Source: Candidatus Ornithoclostridium faecigallinarum
Lineage (GTDB): Bacteria; Bacillota; Clostridia; Christensenellales; UBA3700
DNA: 64,000 nt
Direction of reading: 5' to 3'
Assembly: GCA_018713665.1 (NCBI GenBank)
Contig: DVOI01000040.1
Location: 1,324 to 65,323 of the forward strand
The notes below the pieces were generated by a model that did not search any database, was not told where the DNA came from, and saw only the letters and a list, made by a program, of their open reading frames with translations. Shown here piece by piece: positions 25,609 through 34,368 of the stretch. Both the position numbers and the translations under genes were made by a program. Every line of letters starts with the position of its first letter. Position 1 is the first letter of the stretch.

Positions 25609-26979
25609 TTATTTTCCCTCCGTAAGAGCTTTCGCATTGCCGTAGCAGAGCGCCCTTGCGACCGTCTCCGCCCTGCGAAGATCGCCGCCTGCGGTCTTTG
25701 CCAGCCAATTGCAGACGATCTGCCTGTAATAGTCGTGACGCGTATAGGACAAGAAGCTGCGGCTGTCGGTCAGCATGCCCACCATGGACATGATGTGCCC
25801 CAGCTCGCCCAGCGTGTCGAGCGTGTCTTCCATCCCGCGTCTGTGGTCGCAGAACCACCAGCTGATGCCGATGTGCACCCCTCTGAACGCACCCGCCAAA
25901 GTGACCAGCGGATAGTATGCGGTCGGATTGAGCGAATAGAGTATCGTCTCGGGCAGCGCGTCCGCATCGTTCATCGCGTCGAGCATGCGCGCGACTCGCG
26001 CGGTCGGCACAGGGTCGGCGGCGCAGTCGAAGCCCGCGTCCGCGCCTATCTCGGCAAACGCCTTGCCGTTGCAGTTGCGCGCAACGGACAGATGCATCTG
26101 CATCACCATGCCGCGCGCCTTGTATCCCTTCGCAAGGAAGAGGTAGAGCGCGCCCTTGTAGGCGTCGACCTCCTCCGCCGAGACCGCCTCGCCGGCGATC
26201 AACTTGTCAAAAATCTTTGCCGCCTCGGCGTCGTCGGCTATGCTTGCCGGGAAGCCCTCGACGCCTATGTCCGAGAACTTGCAGCCGTGCGACTTAAAGT
26301 AGTCCATGCGCGCGAGGATCGCCTTTTTGAAACCGTCGAAGTCGTCGGCCTCGACGCCTGCCGCCTTCGCGAGCGCGCGGACGTACTCCGCGTAGCCCGG
26401 CTTGTCCGCCGAAACCAGTTTGTCCGTGCGGAAAGAGGGCGCGACCTTGATGTCAAAACCCTTGTCGGCGGCGATCGCCTCGTGCCAACGCAGATCGTCG
26501 CACGGGTCGTCTGTCGTCGCGACGTACTCGACGTCCGCCATCTTCATCAGCTTGCGGGGCGAAAGCCTGCGCGCGGCAATGACCGCGTTTGCCTCGTCCC
26601 AGATCTTTTGCGCATTCTCCGCATTGAGCGGAAGATCTATCCCGAAAAAGAAGCCCAGCTCCGACTGCACCCAATCTTTGATGGGGTTGCCGAACGCATA
26701 GCCCGTCGCCTCGGCAAACGCGACAAACTTGTCCTTCATCGGCGCGTCGCCGGTGATCAGCCTCTCGTCGACGCCGAAGCCGCGCATCAGGCGCCACTTG
26801 TAGTGGTCGCCGCCGAGCCACATTGCGCCGATGTCCTCGAAAGGCTTGTCCTCAAAGATCTCCTGCGGCGACAGGTGGCAGTGATAGTCCACAATCGGCA
26901 AGCCCTCGACCTTGTCGTAGAGCGCCCTTGCCGCGTCGCTTGCAAGCAAACCGACCGTCTTACCTCTGTACTCTGCCAC
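25609..26979 (-). CDS. uxaC: Glucuronate isomerase
   Basis: PIVDYHCHLSPQEI and GGDHYKWRLMR are UxaC hallmarks. Confidence 0.93.
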   Translation of the reverse strand: MAEYRGKTVGLLASDAARALYDKVEGLPIVDYHCHLSPQEIFEDKPFEDIGAMWLGGDHYKWRLMRGFGVDERLITGDAPMKDKFVAFAEATGYAFGNPIKDWVQSELGFFFGIDLPLNAENAQKIWDEANAVIAARRLSPRKLMKMADVEYVATTDDPCDDLRWHEAIAADKGFDIKVAPSFRTDKLVSADKPGYAEYVRALAKAAGVEADDFDGFKKAILARMDYFKSHGCKFSDIGVEGFPASIADDAEAAKIFDKLIAGEAVSAEEVDAYKGALYLFLAKGYKARGMVMQMHLSVARNCNGKAFAEIGADAGFDCAADPVPTARVARMLDAMNDADALPETILYSLNPTAYYPLVTLAGAFRGVHIGISWWFCDHRRGMEDTLDTLGELGHIMSMVGMLTDSRSFLSYTRHDYYRQIVCNWLAKTAGGDLRRAETVARALCYGNAKALTEGK

Positions 26980-27985
26980 TTCCGTCTCCTTGCATGAGTT
27001 TGAGGACCTCGTCCTCGCTCACAGCGTTGAAATCGCCTTCTATCGTGTGTTTGAGACAGGACGCCGCGACCGCGAATTCAAGCGCTTTCGCCTCGTCCCA
27101 ACCGTTGACAAGCCCGTGAATGAGTCCTGCGCCGAAGCTGTCGCCGCCGCCCACTCTGTCGATGATGTCGACGTCATAATGCTTGCTCGCAAACACCTTG
27201 TCCGCGGTCACGAGGATCGCCGACCAGCCGTTGCGCCCCGCGCTGTAACTCTCGCGCAGCGTGAATGCGACCGCCTTCATCGACGGGAACATCCCGAGCA
27301 CCTTGCGCCCGATCTCGGCATAGCCGTCCGCGGACAGCTTGCCACCCTCTATCGAACTGCCCTTCGCCTCGATGCCGAACACGTCCTTGCAGTCCTCTTC
27401 GTTGCTGATCAAATAGGTGACGCCGTCGAGCAGCGAACTCATGACCTTGTTCGCCTTTTCGCGGCTCCAGAGTTTTTTGCGGAAGTTGAGGTCGCACGAC
27501 ACCGCAATGCCGCGCGTTTTCGCCTCTTTCATCAAAGCGGCGACCATATCGGCGGCTTTGTCCGAGATCGCCGGAGTGATGCCCGTCCAATGCAGCCAAT
27601 CGACGCCGTCCAAAAGCGCGGCGGCGTCATAATCTTTCGCCTCGATCTCGCTGATCGCGCTGTGCGCCCTGTCATAGATGACCTGCGACGCACGCTGCGA
27701 ATATCCCTTTTCGCAAAAATAGATGCCCATCCTGTCGCCGCCGCGGACAATCTTGCCCACGTCGACGCCCCTGCCGCGCAACGTGTTGACGCATGCGTCC
27801 GCGATGGGATTGAGCGGCAGCTTGGTGAAGAACTCCGCATTGTCGCCGAATTGCGCAAGCGACACCGCAACGTTCGCCTCGCCTCCGCCGTACACCGCCT
27901 CGTAGCTGTCCGTCTGGATGATGCGCTTGTACCCTGGCGGCTGAAGCCTGAGCATGATCTCCCCTGCGGTCAAGACCTTTTTCAT
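26960..27985 (-). CDS. kdgK: 2-dehydro-3-deoxygluconokinase (PfkB family)
   Basis: GEIMLRLQPPG, GGGEANVAVSL and the GGGDSFGAGLI C-terminal motif. Confidence 0.9.
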   Translation of the reverse strand: MKKVLTAGEIMLRLQPPGYKRIIQTDSYEAVYGGGEANVAVSLAQFGDNAEFFTKLPLNPIADACVNTLRGRGVDVGKIVRGGDRMGIYFCEKGYSQRASQVIYDRAHSAISEIEAKDYDAAALLDGVDWLHWTGITPAISDKAADMVAALMKEAKTRGIAVSCDLNFRKKLWSREKANKVMSSLLDGVTYLISNEEDCKDVFGIEAKGSSIEGGKLSADGYAEIGRKVLGMFPSMKAVAFTLRESYSAGRNGWSAILVTADKVFASKHYDVDIIDRVGGGDSFGAGLIHGLVNGWDEAKALEFAVAASCLKHTIEGDFNAVSEDEVLKLMQGDGSGRVQR

Positions 27986-28641
27986 GCCTTACCTCCCCTG
28001 ACGGCGGCGATCTTTGCGACAAGTTCGCGCGCGGTGTTCTCGACCGCGCCGAAATCGCCGCTCGCCGCGCCCTTTGTCAAAAAGCTGCCTGCGCCGACCG
28101 CATAGGCTCCCGCCTTGAACCAATCGGCGATGTTGTCGAGATTGACCCCGCCGGTGGGCATGATGTCCAGCTGCGGCAAAGGACCTTTGAGCGCCTTGAG
28201 CCCCTTGGGACCCGCGACGTCGCCGGGGAACAACTTGACCAAGTTCACTCCCGCTTCGAGCGCCGCGACCGCCTCTGTAGGACTGAAGACGCCCGGCACG
28301 ACCGCGACCGCATATCTGTTGCAAAGTTTGATTGTATCGAGATTGAGCGCGGGCGAGAACACGAACTTCGCCCCGGCGAGAATCGCCGCGCGAGCGGTCT
28401 CGGGATCGAGCACGCTGCCCGCCCCCACGATGACGTCGTCGCCGTATCGGGAGCAAAGCTCCGCGATCAGCCTGTCCGCCCCGGGCACGGTGAACGTGAC
28501 CTCGATCAGCTTGACGCCGCCGCGCACGCATGCGTCGACGGAGGCAAGCGCCTTTTCGAACCCGTCGCCTCTGATGACGGCGACGACTCCGCACTCTCCG
28601 ATCTTTTGCAAAACCTGTTGTCTGTTCATATCCATCCTCAT
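27982..28641 (-). CDS. eda: KDPG / 4-hydroxy-2-oxoglutarate aldolase
   Basis: VIRGD, IEVTF and VKLFPG patterns. The true start may be the ATG at 28629 (SD GAGGA 5 nt upstream). Confidence 0.88.
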   Translation of the reverse strand: MRMDMNRQQVLQKIGECGVVAVIRGDGFEKALASVDACVRGGVKLIEVTFTVPGADRLIAELCSRYGDDVIVGAGSVLDPETARAAILAGAKFVFSPALNLDTIKLCNRYAVAVVPGVFSPTEAVAALEAGVNLVKLFPGDVAGPKGLKALKGPLPQLDIMPTGGVNLDNIADWFKAGAYAVGAGSFLTKGAASGDFGAVENTARELVAKIAAVRGGKA

Positions 28642-28718
28642 CTTTCGGGCACGATTGCGCCCCGATGTCTTGCGCTCGATGTCGGACGCGCATGCGCCCG
28701 CAATTCGGGTACATTCTT

Positions 28719-28747
28719 ATTATAAAATATTTGTCACCGAATTTCAA
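28719..28747 (-). promoter_or_regulatory. Sigma-A type promoter of the eda-to-lipoprotein operon
   Basis: Reverse strand reads TTGAAA (28747-28742), 17 nt, TATAAT (28724-28719). Confidence 0.55.
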
Positions 28748-28767
28748 GTAATAACTTCTCAAAATTA

Positions 28768-28796
28768 TGGACAAAACGGTTGAGTTCTGCTATAAT
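28768..28796 (+). promoter_or_regulatory. Sigma-A type promoter of the AraC-family regulator
   Basis: TGGACA (28768-28773), 17 nt, TATAAT (28791-28796). Confidence 0.5.
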
Positions 28797-28815
28797 CAAA
28801 TCAAGGAGGTGCGAC

Positions 28816-29583
28816 ATGCCCATCATCAATTATATCGGAAAGAACATGAAGACCTACAACGTCTCGCGTCACCAGCACGACTATTGGGAGATCATCTACT
28901 GCACCGGCGGCGACGGCAAGATCGAGTTTTTCGACGGCAATCCGCCCATCGAGTACTCGCGCAATCAGATCGTCATCATTCCGCCGCACACACTGCATGC
29001 CAACAGCTCCGAGTCGGGCTTCCGCAACATCTACCTGACCATCGCCAATTGGACCCCGTCCTTCAAAAAGGCGCTGCTCGTGTCCGACAATCAGCAAAAA
29101 GATATCTACAACGTCCTCAACCTTTGCTATCGCTATTTCAACACGGAGACGAGAAATCAAGCCAACATCATCCTCTCGTTCACCGAGCTTGTCATCAACA
29201 TTTTGACCGCGTTCGCCGGCACCAACAACTGCTCGCGGCAGGTCGAGATCATCGCGTCCGCGATCGTCGAAAACTTCTCCGACCCGACCTTCTCGCTGGA
29301 CGACGTCTACAAGACGTTTGCGCTCAGCAAGGACTATATCCGCCGTCAATTCATCAAGGAGAAGGGCATCTCGCCCCTTCAATTCCTCAACAATACGCGC
29401 ATCGCGTTCGCGCAAAAGCTGTTGCTCAGCAAGAACGTCAACAACTACAAGATCTACGAGATCGCCGAGATGTGCGGCTTCTCCGACCAGCTGTACTTTT
29501 CGCGCGTGTTCAAGAAAATCACGGGGATCAGTCCCAAAGAATACACCTGCATCCCTAAAAGTAACAAATATAATTCAGACTGA
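28816..29583 (+). CDS. AraC-family transcriptional regulator (cupin sensor plus HTH), divergent from the sugar operon
   Basis: ATG at 28816 preceded by AAGGAGG. The C-terminal AraC HTH is EIAEMCGFSDQLYFSRVFKKITGISPKEY. Confidence 0.88.
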   Translation: MPIINYIGKNMKTYNVSRHQHDYWEIIYCTGGDGKIEFFDGNPPIEYSRNQIVIIPPHTLHANSSESGFRNIYLTIANWTPSFKKALLVSDNQQKDIYNVLNLCYRYFNTETRNQANIILSFTELVINILTAFAGTNNCSRQVEIIASAIVENFSDPTFSLDDVYKTFALSKDYIRRQFIKEKGISPLQFLNNTRIAFAQKLLLSKNVNNYKIYEIAEMCGFSDQLYFSRVFKKITGISPKEYTCIPKSNKYNSD

Positions 29584-29866
29584 CCGCGCATAACGGCACA
29601 CCTTCGCGGCGCGCAGAACGGTTTTGTTCCGCGCTCGCTTTGCGGCGCGGCACTTTTCGCCGTCTTGGGCGGCTCGTTTGCGCGCTTTTGCGTTTCAGAG
29701 AACGCCCGCGTACCATTGAGGTACAGCGGACAACCTCTTCACCGCAAAATCATCGCAAGTCACTCGCCCAATACTACACGGTTCTGTTGATCTAATTGTT
29801 TCGCAGCCTACATAAAATGCGGATGAGACTACCAATTTGATAGAAATATAAAAATAATTGACACCG

Positions 29867-30026
29867 TCTCTTGACAAAACTTACACGAAACTTAAAGTCT
29901 GATAAGAGGATAAGGGCAACTCACCCCAACTCCGCCGCCGGTCGCACCGGCACGAAACTTAAAGCCTTGATGAGAGGGTAAAAACATCTCATCCCAACTT
30001 TGCCGCCGACAATTTTTGTCAAGAGA
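29867..30026. repeat. Composite repeat: 30-nt element, two 67-bp tandem units (29884-29950, 29951-30010), and an inverted 16-nt partial copy (30011-30026)
   Basis: tctcttgacaaaacttacacgaaacttaaa (29867-29896) matches the reverse complement of 47863-47892 at 29 of 30 positions. Both units start with cacgaaacttaaag and are about 75% identical. aatttttgtcaagaga at 30011-30026 is the inverted 5' part. Confidence 0.8.
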
Positions 30027-30084
30027 CAGAGCACATATTTTTCAAAATACTTGCCTCTCAAACCGGCATATGCCGAAATTGCAT

Positions 30085-30114
30085 AAAAAAACGCGCCTTG
30101 TGCGGCGCGTTTTC
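30085..30114. terminator. Bidirectional rho-independent terminator (ends the GH38 gene)
   Basis: aaaaaaa-acgcgcc-ttgtgc-ggcgcgt-tttt. Confidence 0.75.
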
Positions 30115-30116
30115 GA

Positions 30117-33062
30117 TCATATCTCAAAGTACAGAGTCTTGATCTCGTATGGTCGGAAAGTCAGCGTTGAGCCGATGAGTTTTTCGCGCTCCTCTTCAAG
30201 CATATTGCAGGTGCACACAGACTTGTAGCGGAAGCCGGCTTTGAGGACCGTCTCCCCGCCCTCTCCGTAGCGGTCGTAAAGGCGCGCGACGACGCCTTTG
30301 CCGTCCTGCGACGGCTTGATTGTCTCGATCAAAATGTCGTCGTTGTCGCACTCGAGCAACGCCGGAATGTCGGGAGTGAAGTCGCACGAAATGAGCGGCG
30401 CGTTGAAACGGTATCCGTCTGCGACGACCTCGCTCTGCTGCCAAGTGCCGCGGTGGGGACGAAGCATATAGCCGATCACGTGCCTGCCCATGTCGCAGTC
30501 GGGGTCGGGATTTTTGGGGCTGCGCAGCAGGTTGAGCGAGATCAGCCCTTCCTTGACGCGGTGCCCGTATTTGCAGTCGTTGATCAGCGCGACGCCGCGC
30601 TCGCCGTCGTCGGAGTCGACGTTGACGAACTTGTGCGCGCAGATCTCGAATTGAGCTTTTTGCACAGAGGTATCGTCGGCGGTGTCGCGGTCGACGTTGC
30701 CGAACTGAATGTCGCAATTGACCTTTGAGCCGAACACCGACGGCTTGAACTCGACGCGCAGCATCTTGAAATCCTCGTGCCAATCGACCTCGGTGTCGAA
30801 ACGTATCGCCTCTTCGCCGGCGATGAGCGAGATCTTTTGCACAAGAGAGGACTTTTCGCCGATTGCGAACTTCTGCTCCATCACCGCCGCCGGTCCGTCG
30901 ACGTAGCTGTTGCGTGCAACGAGACGCACGGTGTGGCGGCGCAGTTTGCGGTAGTCGTCGCGGATGTCCCATGCGTTGTAGTAGAGTTTGGGGTCGGTGA
31001 ACAGCTCGAACTTGTTAAGATATTCGCCGCAATAATCAAAGTTTTCGTCCTTCGCGACCGCGCTCTTTATGCTTCCGTCCGGGGCAAAGACGACTTTGAG
31101 TTTGTCGTTTTCGATCGAGTCGGCGGTGCACTTGGGCTCGGGATAGCCCTGCGCCTCGACAAGCGGCACGCAGGAATACGCTTCGGCGTCGACCTTGTAC
31201 CACTTGCCATCATCGAGCACAAATTGCTTGCGCGCGACGGGCGCGGCGTTGACAAAACAGGGCTCGCCGCCCTTTTTCATTGCGGTCAGCAGCTTTGCGC
31301 GAATGTCGCGCAGCTTGCCGCGAAGCACGTCAAAGCGCGCGTTCGCCTCGTCATAGACCCTGCCGACCGAACTGCCGGGCAGAATGTCGTGGAATTGATA
31401 GAGCAATATCTCGCGCCAGATTTCGTCCATGTCTTTTTGCGGATAGGCGATGCCTTTAAGGCGCGCGATCGCCCCCAGCCACTCGACCTCGTGCAGCTCG
31501 CGCTCCGCCTGACGATTGTTGAGTTTTAGCTTCGCCTGCGAGGTGTAAGTACCCTGGTGTTTTTCGAGATACAGCTCCCCTCTCCAAGTCGGATATTGCT
31601 GTATTTTTGTCGATATGTGTTCGAAAAAGCTCTGCGCGGTACCGCTCTTTACGCGTGGAAGCCCCTGCTCGTCGCGCATACGCGCCAACATCTCGAGCGG
31701 CGCTTCGCCCGGACCTCCGCCGCCGTCGCCTATGCCGTAAACGAGCAAGCCCTCGTGCACGCCCTTGTCGTTGCCGCGCTCGGACTTGACGACCGCGAAC
31801 GGCGTCGCAGTCGAACAGTATGTGCCCTGCGGAGCCATATGCGCAAGCACCTCGGTGCCGTCTATCCCCTGCCAGACGAATGTCTTGTACGGAAACTTGT
31901 TGTGCGTATTCCACGTCAATTTGATCGTCATAAAATAGTCTTTGCCGCACCCCTTGAAGATCTGCGGCAGCGACGCGGGATAGCCGAACACGTCGGGGAG
32001 CCACACCATCCGCGACGTCTTGCCGAACTCGCGACGGAAGAATTCTTCGCCGTAGACGAATTGACGTATTATACTCTCGCCCGACGGCAGATTGCAGTCG
32101 TTCTCCGTCCACATCGCGCCCTGGAGTTCTACCCTCCCGTCCGCGACCGCCTTTTTGAAACCGTCGTATATGCTCGGGTAACCCGTCTTGATCCAATCCA
32201 TCAGCTGCGCCTGCGACGCGCCGAAGATATAGTCGGGGAACTTGGTTATGTTTGCGAGCGCGGTCGCATAGGTGCGCGCGCCCTTGCGTTTGGTCTCCCT
32301 GATTGGCCACAGCCAACCGAGATCGATGTGCGCGTGTCCGATCGCGGTATATTCTCCCGCATCCGCCGAAGTCGGCGAAGCCGCCGCCGCTCCGAGCAGC
32401 TTGCGCGCCATCGCGATGTCGCCCTTGCGGTATTGTACGCGCGCCTCATAGAGCACGTTGTCTATCTCATCCTCTCTCTCGCGCGTCAACGTCTGATTTT
32501 TGCCGGAGGTCAAAAGCAACGAAAAAAGTTGCAAAAAATCATAGTAAAGCCCTGCGGTCTCATCGTCTCTGATTGCGAGCACCGCCCTTTTGAACCGTGC
32601 CTTACAGCCCGCCTTGTTGCGCTTGCCGTTGAAGCCGCAGTCGACGAGAAGCCTCACCTTTTCGCCGCCCTCGGCGCAGTCGAACAAATCGACCTGCTGC
32701 TTGCCCGGCGCAGGCGCGATCCAGTCGAGCGAGTCCTGTTTGTGAGTGATGCCGACGACGGGCGCGCCGTCGATATAGACGAGCCCCTCGCCGTCCACAT
32801 CGATGAGAGCAACGACCTTTTTGCCCTTTGCCGCCGCCGGGACTTCGCCCTCGAAATCAAACCACGCGCAGTCGAAGCCGCTCCCCCACACCGTCCCAGG
32901 CGAGATCGGCTCGAACTTTTTGTCTTCGAGCCTCGCATACGGTATCGGTTCGCGGCTGAGCGCCGCCTTCGCGGACAGCGGTGCGACGACGGTATAGACC
33001 TTGCTCCTCAATTTGAGCAAGAAGTGAAGATACTTGGGATAAAGCGCGGCTCTCTCGATCAT
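30117..33062 (-). CDS. Glycoside hydrolase family 38 alpha-mannosidase
   Basis: GHAHIDLGWLWP metal-binding motif and about 980 aa. The start is taken as MIERAALYPKY (ATG at 33062); the ORF extends to 33131. Confidence 0.88.
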   Translation of the reverse strand: MIERAALYPKYLHFLLKLRSKVYTVVAPLSAKAALSREPIPYARLEDKKFEPISPGTVWGSGFDCAWFDFEGEVPAAAKGKKVVALIDVDGEGLVYIDGAPVVGITHKQDSLDWIAPAPGKQQVDLFDCAEGGEKVRLLVDCGFNGKRNKAGCKARFKRAVLAIRDDETAGLYYDFLQLFSLLLTSGKNQTLTREREDEIDNVLYEARVQYRKGDIAMARKLLGAAAASPTSADAGEYTAIGHAHIDLGWLWPIRETKRKGARTYATALANITKFPDYIFGASQAQLMDWIKTGYPSIYDGFKKAVADGRVELQGAMWTENDCNLPSGESIIRQFVYGEEFFRREFGKTSRMVWLPDVFGYPASLPQIFKGCGKDYFMTIKLTWNTHNKFPYKTFVWQGIDGTEVLAHMAPQGTYCSTATPFAVVKSERGNDKGVHEGLLVYGIGDGGGGPGEAPLEMLARMRDEQGLPRVKSGTAQSFFEHISTKIQQYPTWRGELYLEKHQGTYTSQAKLKLNNRQAERELHEVEWLGAIARLKGIAYPQKDMDEIWREILLYQFHDILPGSSVGRVYDEANARFDVLRGKLRDIRAKLLTAMKKGGEPCFVNAAPVARKQFVLDDGKWYKVDAEAYSCVPLVEAQGYPEPKCTADSIENDKLKVVFAPDGSIKSAVAKDENFDYCGEYLNKFELFTDPKLYYNAWDIRDDYRKLRRHTVRLVARNSYVDGPAAVMEQKFAIGEKSSLVQKISLIAGEEAIRFDTEVDWHEDFKMLRVEFKPSVFGSKVNCDIQFGNVDRDTADDTSVQKAQFEICAHKFVNVDSDDGERGVALINDCKYGHRVKEGLISLNLLRSPKNPDPDCDMGRHVIGYMLRPHRGTWQQSEVVADGYRFNAPLISCDFTPDIPALLECDNDDILIETIKPSQDGKGVVARLYDRYGEGGETVLKAGFRYKSVCTCNMLEEEREKLIGSTLTFRPYEIKTLYFEI

Positions 33063-33188
33063 TTTCCACCCGAAAAAGTTTTCTTTATCAAAATTATATA
33101 ACGCCTGCGCGCAATATGTCAAGGCGGACAAAAAATTTTTTACACACTCTTTTGACCGTTTTGTCCATATTTTTGAACGTCAATGCAA

Positions 33189-33218
33189 TTGACAGCGCGC
33201 GCAAAATTATCTTATAAT
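33189..33218 (+). promoter_or_regulatory. Sigma-A type promoter of the 33261 lipoprotein gene
   Basis: TTGACA (33189-33194), 18 nt, TATAAT (33213-33218). Confidence 0.5.
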
Positions 33219-33260
33219 TGACTTGAACAACAAACAGGGCTTACCGCCCGAGGGGTTATT

Positions 33261-34280
33261 ATGAAAACAGATCTCATCAAAAAAATCATCACCGCGATGT
33301 GCATCGCGGTCATCGTCGCGACATTCGGCGCGATGCTTGTGGGATGCGGCGAAGACTCCCTTGTCGCCGACATTCCGGACAACATTCCCAACAAATTGCT
33401 TGACAGCGAAGTCGCTCCCGACGACGTCGTCGCCGCGACTGCCAAAGTGAGCATAGTCGACATCGTCAACGACACCGCTTTGACCAATGCGCAAAAGATT
33501 CAAAAGATTATGTCCGCGACCGAACAGAACGAGATCACCGCGGAGAGGTTCAACTACTTCCAATACAAGACCGGTTCCACCGAGCTCAGCGGCAAATCGG
33601 GCACATTGATCTATCAGCGCCACCGCAAACAGAATCAGGAATGCAAGGATGACACCACCCTCAAGCGCGCGATCAACGCCAACTTCGGCTCCTTCGAACT
33701 GGAATTTGTACAAGACGCGATGATCCGCCTTGTCTACAATGACGCGATCTACCGCATAAAGGGCAATGTCGCGGACGTGAACTATGACAGCGCGACCGGA
33801 CTTTTGGTCGTCTCGGACGACGCCAAGTGGGACAAGGGCAAGGACTTTGGTAAATACGAATCTGTCGAATGGAGTCAAAACCTCGACGAAACCAAAAAGA
33901 CCTGCGCCAACTGGGAGTGCGAGGGCATTGTCAGTGAAGAGGGCGCGACCATCAAACGCGTCGAGCAGGATGGCACCGGCGACGTCTACTACGAACTCAA
34001 ATTCACCGTCGACACCGCCGTCGCAAACGCCGACTCCGCAACCATCGCCAGACTGGAAAACGACAACGGAGGCAGCGACATGTCTTTGGGCAAGCTTGAA
34101 GTCACCGCTCAGGTTTGGGAATGCGGCTTGATGAAGTTCTATCAGACCAACGAGACTTGGAGCGGCAAGATCGCTTGGTACGAAGGCTCTGCCGATTCTC
34201 AATCCTACACTTGGTACTCCTACACCGAACGCGACAACGACATGAGCGAATCCATTGCGATCCTCGACACCTTGCTGTGA
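33261..34280 (+). CDS. Hypothetical lipoprotein (339 aa)
   Basis: Signal peptide plus lipobox (GAMLVGC), SD GAGGGG and a terminator downstream. The antisense ORF 33207-34202 was judged spurious. Confidence 0.75.
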   Translation: MKTDLIKKIITAMCIAVIVATFGAMLVGCGEDSLVADIPDNIPNKLLDSEVAPDDVVAATAKVSIVDIVNDTALTNAQKIQKIMSATEQNEITAERFNYFQYKTGSTELSGKSGTLIYQRHRKQNQECKDDTTLKRAINANFGSFELEFVQDAMIRLVYNDAIYRIKGNVADVNYDSATGLLVVSDDAKWDKGKDFGKYESVEWSQNLDETKKTCANWECEGIVSEEGATIKRVEQDGTGDVYYELKFTVDTAVANADSATIARLENDNGGSDMSLGKLEVTAQVWECGLMKFYQTNETWSGKIAWYEGSADSQSYTWYSYTERDNDMSESIAILDTLL

Positions 34281-34296
34281 TCGTAAGATAAAGATG

Positions 34297-34325
34297 CGGC
34301 GCCTCCTTTCGGGGGCGCCGTTTTT
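34297..34325 (+). terminator. Rho-independent terminator
   Basis: cggcgcc-tcctttcggg-ggcgccg followed by ttttt. Confidence 0.7.
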
Positions 34326-34368
34326 ATGCTTTGTTTCGATTTTGCGGACGGAAAAACCGCCGCGCAGA

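Noticed and set aside
24676-26997. 773-aa plus-strand ORF. Similar long antisense ORFs occur at 16527-18548, 36383-38230, 44377-46713, 55149-57479, 59899-61206 and 61537-63333.
   Set aside because: All lie opposite genes with unmistakable family motifs (uxuA/uxaC, GH, ABC exporter, lacZ, der/aminotransferase, U32, rnj). They show the same Arg/Asp/Val-rich antisense composition and are high-GC artefacts.
29884-30010. Hammerhead-ribozyme-like words (CTGATAAG / TTGATGAG and CGAAAC) in the tandem units
   Set aside because: The order of the elements and the stems does not give the three-way junction. G8 is not conserved in unit A, and the GATGAG sequence is consumed by a simple hairpin.
29884-30010. 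Possible CRISPR array or type III antitoxin repeat
   Set aside because: There are only two units, which are 75% identical and contiguous without spacers. No cas or toxin gene is adjacent.
29695-30127. Small ORFs 29695-29877 (-) and 29921-30127 (-)
   Set aside because: They have no SD. They cross the repeat units and the terminator, and they lie in an AT-rich non-coding context.
33207-34202. 331-aa minus-strand ORF opposite the 33261 lipoprotein gene
   Set aside because: The plus-strand ORF has a promoter, an SD, a lipoprotein signal peptide and a terminator. The minus-strand ORF has none of these.
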